Of a stretch of DNA of 64,000 nucleotides, positions 9,736-20,667 are shown piece by piece. Location: NCBI GenBank assembly GCA_019358915.1, contig JAHHIM010000004.1, positions 32,001 through 96,000 on the forward strand. The letters are read 5' to 3'. The position numbers were made by a program, and so were the translations under genes. Each line of letters begins with the position of its first letter. The stretch's first letter is position 1. The notes below the pieces were generated by a model, which had not been told where the DNA came from, ran no database searches, and worked only from the letters and a program-made list of their open reading frames with translations. This DNA is from Trichormus sp. ATA11-4-KO1. GTDB taxonomy: Bacteria > Cyanobacteriota > Cyanobacteriia > Cyanobacteriales > Nostocaceae.

Positions 9736-10521
9736 ATGAAAGCAAAATCTATTATTGAGATTGAAAGCCTTAATCAATATTTTGGTAATAAAAAACTAAA
9801 AAGCCAAATATTGTTTGATATTAATTTGATGATTAAACCTGGTGAAATTGTGATTATGACTGGACCTTCAGGTTCAGGAAAAACAACTTTACTAACTTTG
9901 ATTGGTGGCTTACGTTCCATTCAAGAGGGAAGTCTCAAATTTTTAGGACAAGAACTTTATGGAGCCAGCAATGAAAAATTAGTACAAGTCCGTCGTCATA
10001 TTGGCTATATTTTTCAAGCTCATAACTTATTGGATTTTTTAACGGCTCGACAGAACGTCCAAATGACACTGGAGTTACACAAAAATATTCCCGAATGGGA
10101 AGCTCGTCGTAAATCAGAAGCGATGCTTCACGCTGTTAAATTAGAAAATCGAGTAAATTACTACCCATCTGATCTCTCAGGAGGACAAAAGCAACGGGTA
10201 GCGATCGCTCGTGCTTTAGTCGGTTCTCCCAAATTAGTCTTAGCCGACGAACCCACAGCCGCCTTAGATAGTAAATCTGGACGAGATATCGTCAACCTAA
10301 TGCAAGAGTTGGCTATAGAACATAATTGTGCCATCTTAATAGTCACTCACGACAACCGTATTTTAGATGTTGCAGACCGAATAATTTATATGGAGGATGG
10401 CCGACTAATCAAAGAAGTTATCTGCAATCCTGACAGGGAGACATCAGGAGAGCTTATATGTCAGAAGACAGAGGACACTTTGACTAGGCTCAGTGACTAC
10501 ACACTTCGACAAGCTCAGTGA
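9736..10521 (+). CDS. DevA-family ABC ATPase
   Basis: GPSGSGKTT, LSGGQKQR, LADEPT, VTHD. Confidence 0.92.
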   Translation: MKAKSIIEIESLNQYFGNKKLKSQILFDINLMIKPGEIVIMTGPSGSGKTTLLTLIGGLRSIQEGSLKFLGQELYGASNEKLVQVRRHIGYIFQAHNLLDFLTARQNVQMTLELHKNIPEWEARRKSEAMLHAVKLENRVNYYPSDLSGGQKQRVAIARALVGSPKLVLADEPTAALDSKSGRDIVNLMQELAIEHNCAILIVTHDNRILDVADRIIYMEDGRLIKEVICNPDRETSGELICQKTEDTLTRLSDYTLRQAQ

Positions 10522-10525
10522 CCAC
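10475..10525 (+). repeat. Two tandem copies of a small dispersed repeat (ACACTTcGACaAGcTCAGTGAC)
   Basis: Copies at 10475-10500 and 10501-10525; related core recurs at 14118 and 14224. Confidence 0.7.
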
Positions 10526-10661
10526 AGGTGACAGGTTGTAATTAGTTTATGTCCTCAACTATGTGGTAATAGCTATACCTTCGTAGGACAGGATGAGTTG
10601 AGTTTTTCAGTAGTCCTGAGTAAAGTAAAAAAATCAAAGATATTCTTTGACAAACAAAGCT

Positions 10662-10700
10662 AGTCTCGATGAAACTCGTTTCATCAGGACTGCCTTTTTG
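10662..10700 (+). terminator. Probable intrinsic terminator of the devBCA-like operon
   Basis: AGTCTCGATGAAAC-TC-GTTTCATCAGGACT hairpin followed by a T-run. Confidence 0.5.
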
Positions 10701-10896
10701 AATTAATTAATAGTTTTAAGTATAAAATAAAATTAAATATACGGTTTTTACTTTTTTAGTAAAAAATCAACATCTTCGAGTGCCAACGTAAATCATAATA
10801 TTTAATTTTAATCTAGTAACGCCCAAACCTGAATGGGCTTGCATAGATTGCTTGTCAAGTTGAAAATAAATAGGCGAAGCACACGGGGAAACTAAC

Positions 10897-12324
10897 GTGA
10901 GTCATGGATTTGATTACGATTTAGTCATTATCGGCGCGGGTGTAGGCGGACATGGCGCAGCCCTACACGCCGTCAGCTGCGGTCTGAAAACAGCGATTAT
11001 TGAAGCAGCTGACATGGGAGGAACCTGTGTCAATCGAGGTTGCATTCCTTCTAAAGCGCTGCTGGCAGCATCTGGACGTGTGCGGGAGTTACGCAATGCC
11101 CACCACCTCAAGTCGCTGGGAATTCAAGTTGGTAATGTGGAGTTTGATCGACAAGCGATCGCCGATCATGCCGGCAATCTCGTCTCAAAAATTCAAGGCG
11201 ACTTAACCAACAGCCTCAAACGTCTGGGAGTAGATATTATTAGGGGTTGGGGGAAAATTGCGGGAACACAAAAAGTTACCATAACTGGGGATGGCAGTGA
11301 CAAAACAATTACAGCTAAAGACATTATCCTTTCCCCTGGTTCAGTACCCTTCGTGCCTCCAGGTATTGAAGTAGACGGAAAAACCGTCTTTACCAGCGAT
11401 CAAGGCGTGAAACTGGCATCTCTACCAGAATGGGTAGCGATTATTGGCAGTGGTTACATCGGCTTAGAATTTTCCGATGTTTACTCAGCTTTGGGCTGTG
11501 AAATCACTATGATTGAAGCCCTAGACCAATTAATGCCAGGATTTGACCGCGATATTGCCAAACTTGCAGAACGCGTACTAATTACTCCCCGCGACATTGA
11601 AACCAAAGTAGGGATATACGCGAAAAAAATTATCCCCGGTTCACCCGTGGTAATTGAATTAGCAGATTTCAAAACCAAAGAAGATATTGATGTCATCGAG
11701 GTAGATGCTTGCCTAGTCGCCACAGGACGCATCCCCGCGACAAAAAACCTCGGTTTAGAATCTGTGGGTGTGGAATTAGACAGACGGAACTTTATTCCCG
11801 TTGACGATCGCATGGCAGTGCTATCAGCCGGAGAAGTAGTTCCCCATGTGTGGGCAATTGGCGATGCTACTGGCAAAATGATGCTGGCACACGCCGCTTC
11901 TGCTCAAGGCATCGTCGCCGTAGAAAATATCATCGGACGAACGCGTGTGGTAGACTATCGCAGCATCCCCGCAGCTGCATTCACCCACCCAGAAGTCAGC
12001 TATGTCGGCTTAACAGAAACAGCCGCCAAAGAATTGGGACAAACTGAAGGCTTTGAAATAGCTACCAGTAGAAGTTACTTCAAAGGTAATTCCAAAGCCT
12101 TAGCAGAAAACGAAGCCGACGGTATAGCCAAGGTAGTATATCGCCAAGACACAGGCGAAGTCTTAGGTGTACATATTTTTGGCATGCACGCCGCCGACTT
12201 AATTCACGAAGCCTCAGCCGCGATCGCCAACCGTCAATCAGTCCAAAACCTCGCCCATTTAGTACACGCCCATCCCACACTTTCAGAAGTGTTAGATGAA
12301 GCGTATAAACGAGCCGTTGTTTAG
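10897..12324 (+). CDS. lpdA: Dihydrolipoamide dehydrogenase
   Basis: [27 protein letters not shown]. Confidence 0.96.
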   Translation: MSHGFDYDLVIIGAGVGGHGAALHAVSCGLKTAIIEAADMGGTCVNRGCIPSKALLAASGRVRELRNAHHLKSLGIQVGNVEFDRQAIADHAGNLVSKIQGDLTNSLKRLGVDIIRGWGKIAGTQKVTITGDGSDKTITAKDIILSPGSVPFVPPGIEVDGKTVFTSDQGVKLASLPEWVAIIGSGYIGLEFSDVYSALGCEITMIEALDQLMPGFDRDIAKLAERVLITPRDIETKVGIYAKKIIPGSPVVIELADFKTKEDIDVIEVDACLVATGRIPATKNLGLESVGVELDRRNFIPVDDRMAVLSAGEVVPHVWAIGDATGKMMLAHAASAQGIVAVENIIGRTRVVDYRSIPAAAFTHPEVSYVGLTETAAKELGQTEGFEIATSRSYFKGNSKALAENEADGIAKVVYRQDTGEVLGVHIFGMHAADLIHEASAAIANRQSVQNLAHLVHAHPTLSEVLDEAYKRAVV

Positions 12325-12384
12325 GGAATAGGGAATAGAGAGTGAGGCCAAGAACAAATATACTCCCTCACTCCCTCACTCCTT

Positions 12385-12433
12385 CACTCAGCACTCAGCA
12401 CTCAGCACTCAGCACTCAGCACTCAGCACTCAG
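12385..12433 (+). repeat. STRR heptamer (CACTCAG)x7
   Basis: Perfect tandem array immediately before the trpC start. Confidence 0.95.
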
Positions 12434-12437
12434 AATG

Positions 12438-13349
12438 ATGCAAATCCGCCGCCGTTCACCGAACACAGCTATTAATGTCTCTTTTTTGCGCTATCAGTCT
12501 GCCTTGCCAGATGCAGAACCCAATAACATCTTGGAGGAAATTGTCTGGCATAAGGAAATTGAAGTTGAGCAAATGCGGGAAAAGCGGCCTTTACGGGAAT
12601 TACAAAAACAAGTATTGACAGCACCGCCAACTCGTGATTTTATCGCCGCTCTACACCCAGGCAAAACTCATCCAGCGTTGATTGCTGAAGTCAAAAAAGC
12701 TTCACCCAGTAAAGGCGTTTTACGGTCAGATTTTGACCCAGTAGCGATCGCCTTATCCTATCAACAAGGTGGTGCTAGTTGTCTTTCTGTTTTGACTGAT
12801 GTCAAGTTTTTTCAAGGTGGCTTTGATAACTTAGCTAAAGTTCGCAGCACAGTAGATTTACCATTATTATGTAAGGACTTTATTATCTATCCTTACCAAA
12901 TGTACTTAGCTCGGATTCAGGGTGCAGATGCGGTTTTGTTAATTGCGGCGATCCTCAGTGACCAAGATTTACAATACTTCCTCAAAATTGCCAATGCCCT
13001 GAAGATGACAGCTTTAATTGAAGTTCATAGTTTGGCAGAACTTGACCGTGTATTAGCTTTAGATGGTGTGTTTTTAGTAGGAATAAATAATCGCAATTTG
13101 GCAGATTTTACTGTTGATCTCCAAACGACTTGCCAACTATTAGCGGCACGAGGTAGTCAATTACAAGAACGGAATATTTTAGTTGTTAGTGAATCGGGAT
13201 TACATACCCCAAATGATTTAAATGTAGTTACACAAGCAGGGGCTGCTGCTGTACTGATCGGAGAATCTTTAGTTAAACAACCAGATCCCCAGTTAGCGAT
13301 CGCTAGTCTCTTTGCTGAATCTTCATCTCCAGGTACATCAAGGACATAA
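12438..13349 (+). CDS. trpC: Indole-3-glycerol phosphate synthase
   Basis: [36 protein letters not shown]. Confidence 0.96.
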   Translation: MQIRRRSPNTAINVSFLRYQSALPDAEPNNILEEIVWHKEIEVEQMREKRPLRELQKQVLTAPPTRDFIAALHPGKTHPALIAEVKKASPSKGVLRSDFDPVAIALSYQQGGASCLSVLTDVKFFQGGFDNLAKVRSTVDLPLLCKDFIIYPYQMYLARIQGADAVLLIAAILSDQDLQYFLKIANALKMTALIEVHSLAELDRVLALDGVFLVGINNRNLADFTVDLQTTCQLLAARGSQLQERNILVVSESGLHTPNDLNVVTQAGAAAVLIGESLVKQPDPQLAIASLFAESSSPGTSRT

Positions 13350-13440
13350 CCAAATATTTGTTTCTTGTGTAACAATTTTGGCATAGAGATAAAACTCTGA
13401 TTAACACAAAATCCCCAATTTAAAGTTTTACATCAACTAC

Positions 13441-13692
13441 ATGGAGCAAATTCCTTTACCTTCACCTATCCATTACGAACTTTTACTTCAACTCTTAGAA
13501 AGACAAACCATGTCAGCCGTCAGTCAAAACCCCGATTTGCGGCATCAGGTAAATCAACTAATTATTACCTTGCGTAAAGCCGCAGTGCAACAAAAGCAGC
13601 TAGAAGAAATTTGCCAGTTTTCTTCTGTAGGCATAGACCACCGTTGGTCAATTAACCATCATAGTGGTGGTCGAGTTGTTGCCCCCGATTGA
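13441..13692 (+). CDS. Conserved cyanobacterial small protein (DUF5340-like)
   Basis: IPLPSPIHYELLLQLLE N-terminus; position after trpC. Confidence 0.7.
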   Translation: MEQIPLPSPIHYELLLQLLERQTMSAVSQNPDLRHQVNQLIITLRKAAVQQKQLEEICQFSSVGIDHRWSINHHSGGRVVAPD

Positions 13693-13722
13693 TATGGGCA
13701 GGTTATGCCATAATGAAGTTTT

Positions 13723-13752
13723 CTCCCGCTAATCCTTCGGGTATAACGGGAG
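13723..13752 (+). terminator. Hairpin with a UUCG loop after the small gene
   Basis: CTCCCG...CC-TTCG-GG...CGGGAG. Confidence 0.35.
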
Positions 13753-14071
13753 CCTCTAAATTTTACAATAAAGATTTTACAAACTACCAAATCATAGAAA
13801 GGCTTCACGCTTCAACGAAGTCAGAACCTATCCATTAGTCACATCTTTCTTTACAATATTGAAACCCTAGTTTCATAGGTATCTCAGAGACTAAGGGGTC
13901 AAACATACTTGACAAAATTGCGCTTAATATTCTCGCTAAAACTGCATTTTCATTGAGAATTAGCAACGAAGGAATCAGTATTATCAAAAATGTGAGTTAA
14001 TACTCTCGCAAATGTTGAGAAAGATCCGGGTAATGGATAGCCGCGTCGGAGAGGGTTTGGGGTGATTCACC

Positions 14072-14314
14072 TCTTGCACCAAGCGACTGAAGTCGCGGCT
14101 ACACGAACAAAACCCGCACTTCGACAAGGCTCAGTACAAGTCACTCGAGCCGCTCAGTAACCACCTGCGCGGGTTCCAAATCCTTGATTTTACATTAGTC
14201 CGCGTAGGACGTTCGGCGAAGCTACTTCGACAAGGCTCAGTACAAGTCACTCGAGCCGCGGACTTCGTTTGTATAGCCACGAATTTCATTCGTTGGGGCT
14301 AGGTGCAAGATATG
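14072..14314. mobile_element. Composite REP/MITE-like palindromic element with nested small repeats
   Basis: Outer TCTTGCACC/GGTGCAAGA inverted repeat; inner inverted arms; identical 36-bp segments at 14118-14153 and 14224-14259. Confidence 0.7.
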
Positions 14315-14460
14315 TGGTGAGGTTTATCGAATTCACGTAAATTCATCCTTCGCGCTTTGGTACCTCTACCTAAAAAAACTCTTTGTTCTCTGCGTACCAG
14401 CATTTTGATAAGTTAGTACATAGTTTGAAACAATTACAGTTAAAACAAGAGGGGATTACA

Positions 14461-15639
14461 TTGAGTCACCATCCAGATGCCATTGCCCCCCACGGTGGAC
14501 AATTGATTAACCGGATCGCCACAGCTGAACAAAAGGCAGAGTTTCTCTCAAAAGCCGACTTTTTACCGCGAGTACAACTGGATGAGCGGGCGGTTTCTGA
14601 TTTAGAGATGATTGCCATCGGTGGCTTTAGTCCACTCACGGGTTTTATGAACCAGGAAGACTACGATCGCGTGGTCACCCAAATGCGGCTAGCCAATGGT
14701 CTGGCGTGGTCAATACCGATTACACTTTCAGTCACAGAAGAAGTAGCATCCCCACTCAAGGAAGGCGGCTTGATCCGCCTGGATAACCCCAGTGGTGAGT
14801 TTATCGGCGTTTTGCAACTCGCGCAAAAGTATCTTTATAACAAGACCCGTGAGGCTATTAACGTCTACCGCACTGATGACGCTAAACATCCAGGTGTGCA
14901 GGTAGTCTATAACCAAGGTTCTGTAAATCTCGCAGGTGACATTTGGTTATTACAACGCGATCGCCATCCCCAGTTTCCTAAATACCAAATCGATCCAGCT
15001 GCTTCACGGCAGATGTTTAGAGACAAGGGTTGGAAAACCATTGTCGGTTTTCAAACTCGCAACCCCATCCACCGCGCTCATGAATACATCCAAAAGTGTG
15101 CTTTAGAAACCGTTGATGGTTTATTTTTGCATCCCTTGGTAGGGGCGACAAAAGAAGATGATATTCCCGCCGATGTGCGGATGCGCTGCTATGAAATTTT
15201 GCTAGAACACCACTATCCCTTAGACCGAGTTATTTTAGCCATCAATCCGGCGGCAATGCGTTATGCTGGACCTCGGGAGGCCATCTTCCATGCCTTAGTT
15301 CGGAAAAATTACGGTTGTACTCACTTTATTGTCGGACGGGATCATGCAGGTGTGGGTGATTATTACGGCACTTATGATGCTCAACATATCTTTGACGAGT
15401 TTGAGCCAACTGAATTGGGCATTGTGCCGATGAAATTTGAACACGCTTTCTACTGCACACGCACCAAACAAATGGCCACAACTAAAACCAGCCCCAGTAA
15501 GCCAGAAGAGCGCGTTCATCTGTCGGGAACCAAAGTCAGAGAAATGCTGCGCCGGGGTGAATTACCCCCACCAGAATTTTCCCGTCCCGAAGTGGCGGCA
15601 GAATTGGCTAGAGCAATGCAATTACAAACATTGGCTTAA
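14461..15639 (+). CDS. sat: Sulfate adenylyltransferase (ATP sulfurylase)
   Basis: [37 protein letters not shown] start after GAGGGG. Confidence 0.96.
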   Translation: MSHHPDAIAPHGGQLINRIATAEQKAEFLSKADFLPRVQLDERAVSDLEMIAIGGFSPLTGFMNQEDYDRVVTQMRLANGLAWSIPITLSVTEEVASPLKEGGLIRLDNPSGEFIGVLQLAQKYLYNKTREAINVYRTDDAKHPGVQVVYNQGSVNLAGDIWLLQRDRHPQFPKYQIDPAASRQMFRDKGWKTIVGFQTRNPIHRAHEYIQKCALETVDGLFLHPLVGATKEDDIPADVRMRCYEILLEHHYPLDRVILAINPAAMRYAGPREAIFHALVRKNYGCTHFIVGRDHAGVGDYYGTYDAQHIFDEFEPTELGIVPMKFEHAFYCTRTKQMATTKTSPSKPEERVHLSGTKVREMLRRGELPPPEFSRPEVAAELARAMQLQTLA

Positions 15640-15739
15640 GTCAATCTATCAATTGACAAACAGTATAAACTTTAACTTTACACTACAGACTTCAGCCCCT
15701 TAAGCTGTTAGCTGACGGGCTGAGGACTGATGGCTAATT

Positions 15740-17881
15740 ATGAAGCGTCGGACTTTTGTACAACGGATTGGTTCAATACTCGCAGTGTTGGGTATAACTG
15801 AAGTTGAGTGGTTGACTTTGAGCGATCGCTACTCCCAAGCTTTAGCACAACCTAGTACGCGGAAATTGGCATTATTGATCGGCATTAATCAATACCAAAA
15901 AAGTCCCTCTTTGAGTGGTTGTCTTACCGATGTAGAACTGCAAAAAGAACTGTTAATTCATCGGTTTGGCTTCCAAAGTTCAGATATCCTGACCTTAACT
16001 GACGAACAAGCTACCAGGAAATCCATTGAGGCGGCTTTTGAGGAACACCTCGGTAAGCAAGCTAAAGCTGATGATGTGGTGGTATTCCACTTTAGTGGCT
16101 ATGGTACCCGAATTAAATCGGGACAATTTATCGATACAGTACAAAATGCTTTAGTTCCAGCTCATGAACATCAAGACACACAAGATAAGAAAATAGTCAA
16201 CTATATATTGGCAGAAACCGTACAGCTATTGTTGCGATCGCTGCCCACAAACCACGTTACAGCTGTATTGGATACCAGTTATTATGCGCCGACAAAAGTC
16301 CAGCCAACAGCCTGGCGAATTCGTGCTCGCCATGAATTACCAGATGCACAGCTAGTAACAGCCGAACTTGAGTTTTTACAACAACTCAAAAGTCAAAACT
16401 CAGCCCTCAATAGTGGTGTTGTGTTATCCGCTACTTCAGATCCCCAACAATTGGCGATGGAAGCGCTCTTTTCTGGTTTTAGTGCGGGGTTATTTACCTA
16501 TGCATTGACACAATACCTGTGGGAAACCACACCAGCAACGACAATTCAATTTAGCCTCTCCCATGTGGGAAGTTCCATACACCAGCTGGGTAGCAAACAG
16601 CAACCAGGATTATTGAGTGAGCCGAAAACTCAACAGGGAGCATTAACTATTGAAAATCTCCTCCCAGAACCCAAAGTGAGCGCCGAGGGAGCAATCAAAG
16701 CCATGGAAGACGAGGGTAAAACAACTCATCTGTGGTTAGCAGGAATACCTCCACAAGTACTGGAATACTATGGAGTTAATTCCCGACTCACTTTATCAAC
16801 TGGAGAACAGTTAATATTGCGATCGCGTACTGGGTTAACAGCAAAAGCCCAAATTTCTAAAGTTAAAGGAGAAAGTTCCCTAAAAGTAGGACAACTTTGC
16901 CAAGAAGTAGTTAGGGTGCTACCCCGGAGTGTTAGTTTAACAGTTGCCCTGGATACGGGACTAGAAAGAATTGAGCGGGTAGATGCCACAAGTGCCTTTG
17001 CCGCAGTCAATCATATATCCACTGTCGTGGCAGGAGAACAACCAGCCGATTGTGTATTTGGTAAACTATTGGAAACTCCTAGTCGCTACGGTTTATTTAC
17101 TCCAGGCGGCGAGCTAATTTCCAACACAGCTGGAGAAGTTGGGGAAGCGGTAAAATTGGCAGTGCAGAGATTAGTACCAAAATTACCAACACTGTTAGCA
17201 GCAAAGTTATGGCGACTCACAGAAAATGAAGGTTCTTCCCGCTTACCCATCAAGGCAACCCTGGAGATTATCAACGGCTTGTCATCACGGGTAGTCATGC
17301 AACGCGAAACAACACGAACTCTGGAGGCGGAAAAACGCCACGGCAAATCACTGCTAACAGTACTCAGTAATCCTACTGTGCCTATTGGTAGTCGAATGCA
17401 ATACAAATTACAAAATAAGGGCGATCGCCCGGTATATTTAATGCTGCTGGGATTAAAAAATGATCGAACTGCGATCGCTTTTTATCCCTGGCAATCCCCC
17501 CAAGAATCAACCAGTATTGACTCTAAATCTTTGTTCCAACAAGTTGCGATCGCCCCAGGTCAAACCCTCACATTACCAAAAAGTATTACTGCCTCGGAAT
17601 GGGTAATTCCCGGGCCAGCTTATGAATGTGAACACCAATTGATCCTCAGTACTGCCCCTTTCCGTGAAACCCTAGCACACTTAGAAACTTCTAAGTATCC
17701 CATCACAGACCAACGACCCTTTGGTGCATTATTAAATTCTTTAGAAATTGCCCAAGCACTTCTACAAGACTTGCATAATGCCAGTGCGGTCAAGTCAGAC
17801 ATCAATAGTATATCTGCTGACTCCTATGTATTAGATGTTAACAATTGGGCTAGTTTGAACTTTGATTTTCAAGTGGTGTAA
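15740..17881 (+). CDS. Caspase-family (C14) pseudo-orthocaspase with Tat-like signal and DUF4384-like C-terminus
   Basis: KLALLIGINQY, LSGCLTD; dyad positions read HFSGYG and DTSY; MKRRTF start. Confidence 0.85.
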   Translation: MKRRTFVQRIGSILAVLGITEVEWLTLSDRYSQALAQPSTRKLALLIGINQYQKSPSLSGCLTDVELQKELLIHRFGFQSSDILTLTDEQATRKSIEAAFEEHLGKQAKADDVVVFHFSGYGTRIKSGQFIDTVQNALVPAHEHQDTQDKKIVNYILAETVQLLLRSLPTNHVTAVLDTSYYAPTKVQPTAWRIRARHELPDAQLVTAELEFLQQLKSQNSALNSGVVLSATSDPQQLAMEALFSGFSAGLFTYALTQYLWETTPATTIQFSLSHVGSSIHQLGSKQQPGLLSEPKTQQGALTIENLLPEPKVSAEGAIKAMEDEGKTTHLWLAGIPPQVLEYYGVNSRLTLSTGEQLILRSRTGLTAKAQISKVKGESSLKVGQLCQEVVRVLPRSVSLTVALDTGLERIERVDATSAFAAVNHISTVVAGEQPADCVFGKLLETPSRYGLFTPGGELISNTAGEVGEAVKLAVQRLVPKLPTLLAAKLWRLTENEGSSRLPIKATLEIINGLSSRVVMQRETTRTLEAEKRHGKSLLTVLSNPTVPIGSRMQYKLQNKGDRPVYLMLLGLKNDRTAIAFYPWQSPQESTSIDSKSLFQQVAIAPGQTLTLPKSITASEWVIPGPAYECEHQLILSTAPFRETLAHLETSKYPITDQRPFGALLNSLEIAQALLQDLHNASAVKSDINSISADSYVLDVNNWASLNFDFQVV

Positions 17882-17888
17882 ACCCGTA

Positions 17889-17923
17889 CAGATACCCAAC
17901 TTCTTGAAGAAGTCGGGGATCTG
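17889..17923. terminator. REP-like palindrome between convergent genes, possible bidirectional terminator
   Basis: CAGATACCCAACTTCTTGAAGAAGTCGGGGATCTG imperfect inverted repeat. Confidence 0.5.
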
Positions 17924-17927
17924 GGTA

Positions 17928-18800
17928 CTATAAATACTTTTGCAACAACAAACCCAACTTTTCTTTCGTCGCCGTTGGTGCTTGCTGCAAATTCGTCAAA
18001 ATCGCATACTTTAAAGCTGAATGAGCATCACTAATTGGCGGATTTTCACTCAAACGTCGCACAGTTTCTTGAATTACCTTTTGAGCATTAACTGCATTGC
18101 GTTGCAAATTACCAATTACCATCTCTACCGTCACACTATCGTGATCCGGATGCCAGCAATCATAATCCGTCACCAGCGCTAAAGTTGCATAGGCAATTTC
18201 TGCTTCCCTTGCCAACTTGGCCTCTGGTAAATTCGTCATGCCAATTACTGTTGCACCCCAACTGCGGTAAAGATTTGATTCCGCCTTGGTGGAAAATGCC
18301 GGGCCTTCCATGCACACATAAGTACCACCACGATGCAGAGTCACATCTGGTAAATCCAAAGAGGCGATCGCATCCGCCAACACCCCAGCCAAATTTTGAC
18401 AAATCGGATCGCCAAAGGCAATGTGAGCCACAATTCCTTCGCCAAAAAACGTTGAAATCCGATTTTTTGTCCTGTCAATAAATTGATCTGGTACTACCAT
18501 ATCTACTGGTTTCGCTTCTGCTTTTAAGGAACCAACCGCGCTAGCTGAGATTAAATACTCTACACCCAGTTGCTTCATCGCATAGATATTGGCACGAAAC
18601 GGCAACTCAGAAGGCAGTAGAGTATGATTACGTCCGTGACGTGCCAAAAAGGCTACCTGTGTTCCTGCCAATGTCCCCAAAATCAAAGCATCAGAAGGCG
18701 AACCAAAAGGCGTCTGGATTTGTACCTCTTCCACGTCCTTGAGGGCTGCCATTTTGTATAGACCACTACCACCAATAATTCCAATACTAACTTTAGTCAT
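17928..18800 (-). CDS. mtnP: S-methyl-5'-thioadenosine phosphorylase
   Basis: [32 protein letters not shown]. Confidence 0.95.
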   Translation of the reverse strand: MTKVSIGIIGGSGLYKMAALKDVEEVQIQTPFGSPSDALILGTLAGTQVAFLARHGRNHTLLPSELPFRANIYAMKQLGVEYLISASAVGSLKAEAKPVDMVVPDQFIDRTKNRISTFFGEGIVAHIAFGDPICQNLAGVLADAIASLDLPDVTLHRGGTYVCMEGPAFSTKAESNLYRSWGATVIGMTNLPEAKLAREAEIAYATLALVTDYDCWHPDHDSVTVEMVIGNLQRNAVNAQKVIQETVRRLSENPPISDAHSALKYAILTNLQQAPTATKEKLGLLLQKYL

Positions 18801-18897
18801 TACATGTTCCTTGCTGAGTTGCCCAGTTATTTTACCGAAAAGGGGACTAGTACCGTTGCACGGAAGTCAAAAGACTGATATTTTTTATCAGCTACCA

Positions 18898-18941
18898 ACT
18901 CATATTCAGCCAGCAACAGTGTTCGCTAGCTGAATATGAGT
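18898..18941. repeat. Perfect 13-bp inverted repeat with an 18-nt loop
   Basis: ACTCATATTCAGC / GCTGAATATGAGT. Confidence 0.7.
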
Positions 18942-19229
18942 GATTGATTATTACTTATTTATTGGTGGAAATTGTGGTGATCAAAATTTGTATAAAAAAG
19001 CTTGATTTACACATCTGATAAATCTACTTTTTATACTTAGATAATCTTTAAAATGCATATTCTTAAAAAATATCAAAAACTTCTAAAAATAAATCATACA
19101 TTTTTGCTTAGGCTATGATAGAACGATTTTCAAGTATATAAAGAATTTGCAAACTTATTGAAAACTATGTTAATAACACTCAAGTAATCATATATTTAAA
19201 ATTAGCTTTCTCAAAAGTACTGTTTAAAC

Positions 19230-20126
19230 ATGCTCAGTGTAAACTCCAAACTTTTAGCCCTGCGTCAATTTATTGCTAAGGATGCTAATGTGGATTGGCA
19301 AACTGGAAGTATTCCTACTTGCCAAATGAGCAATTTTACTCCAGCAATGAAAGCAAACCAATATTATTACGATCATCCTGAATGGGCAAAAGGCTACTTT
19401 AAAGCCTGTCATCGAGATCAAGTATTTCAAGAACGCTGGCAGTCAGCAATAGATAGTTGGGATGATAAAATTGTCGTTGATATTGGTTGCGGCCCTGGTA
19501 ATTTGTTTGCAACATTAGGTGGTTCACCAAGACTGATGATTGGTGTAGATATCTCCCGTACATCTTTGGAAATGGCGCAAACTGTGGGCTATACACCTAT
19601 TTTGGCAGATGCCCAAAATTTACCATTTATTGACTCTTTTGCAGATATCGTTGCAGTCAATGCTACATTACACCATTGCGACGATATGACTAAAACTTTG
19701 CTTCAAGCTGCACGTCTAGTTCGTCCTGGCGGATTGTTAATTACTGATCATGATCCGCAACAAACTGCTTGGAACTGGAAAGGTTTAGGTATGCTTTTGT
19801 ATAAAATACGAGTACCAATTTATCGATTACTGAGCGGTGGTAATTTCATGTCGCCAGAAGAACATAATGCTATGCTCGCGACTGAAACTTACCACAAACC
19901 TGGTTATGGTTTAACGCCACAATTTTATTATCAAGTTTTAGAACCTAGGGGTTTTACAGTAAAAGTTTATCCCCACAATCACACTCTGGGAGCGGAAGTT
20001 TTACAGGGAAATTATGGTCGCTCAGTGAGCAAATATCGCCTAAGTCAATGGTTATCTGGGATTAATTCTGATTTACCAGAGGCGGCGTTATCTTTGATGT
20101 GTATTGCTAAACGCAATCTAAGATAA
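19230..20126 (+). CDS. Class I SAM-dependent methyltransferase
   Basis: VVDIGCGPG, GVDIS, ADAQNLPF, ATLHH, LVRPGG. Confidence 0.9.
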   Translation: MLSVNSKLLALRQFIAKDANVDWQTGSIPTCQMSNFTPAMKANQYYYDHPEWAKGYFKACHRDQVFQERWQSAIDSWDDKIVVDIGCGPGNLFATLGGSPRLMIGVDISRTSLEMAQTVGYTPILADAQNLPFIDSFADIVAVNATLHHCDDMTKTLLQAARLVRPGGLLITDHDPQQTAWNWKGLGMLLYKIRVPIYRLLSGGNFMSPEEHNAMLATETYHKPGYGLTPQFYYQVLEPRGFTVKVYPHNHTLGAEVLQGNYGRSVSKYRLSQWLSGINSDLPEAALSLMCIAKRNLR

Positions 20127-20283
20127 TCGCGATCGCCCTAATTATGCTCGAAGCTAGGGGTTTATTTGACAGGCGATCGCCTCTGGCTCTGTGCGCAATT
20201 GCTCATCGGTAGTTTACAGGTTTTTTCCTGAAGCTCTTGCAAATACAGCCGAAAACGCTTCACCAAAGGTTGACATATCAATT

Positions 20284-20667
20284 TCAGACCAATGATATAT
20301 GCCCATTATCAAAGTTAATCGTCAAAGTCAGTCCTCGGAAGAAGTCAAGACCCAAAAGACCATCAACACCCGCACTCGGTGGTAATGTGTGACCCAATAC
20401 TGCAAAATCCGTGCGTTCTTGACCCAGTGCTGCAATTTTCTGCAACTTGATCTGAGGAGCAAATTCAACGCTACTACCCGTTGTTACTTGAACTCGATTC
20501 GGAACTAAAGCTGGATCGTAACCGATGGCAACCAACATTGCTATGTTGATCACAGTGTAAGTCGCACCTGTATCTAGGGCTAATCTCAACACGTTACTAC
20601 CAGAAGCACCAAATAACTCTGCACGAACAACAACTAACCCACGTCTAGGATTGAACGAGAAATTCAT
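20284..20667 (-). CDS. Retropepsin-like single-domain aspartic protease
   Basis: LALDTGAT and DGLLGLDFF motifs. Confidence 0.88.
   Translation of the reverse strand: MNFSFNPRRGLVVVRAELFGASGSNVLRLALDTGATYTVINIAMLVAIGYDPALVPNRVQVTTGSSVEFAPQIKLQKIAALGQERTDFAVLGHTLPPSAGVDGLLGLDFFRGLTLTINFDNGHISLV

Noticed and set aside
12342..12437. N-terminal extension of TrpC
   Set aside because: It is translated STRR repeat; MQIRRR at 12438 is the likely start.
13850..13870. ATTGAAAC as a CRISPR repeat end or leader
   Set aside because: Single occurrence with no array.
14118..14259. Two identical 36-bp repeats as a mini CRISPR array
   Set aside because: Only two copies, a 70-bp spacer that is itself palindromic repeat sequence, no cas genes, and no GTT...AAC-type ends.
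14383..14460. N-terminal extension of Sat
   Set aside because: The RBS and the family N-terminus fit TTG 14461.
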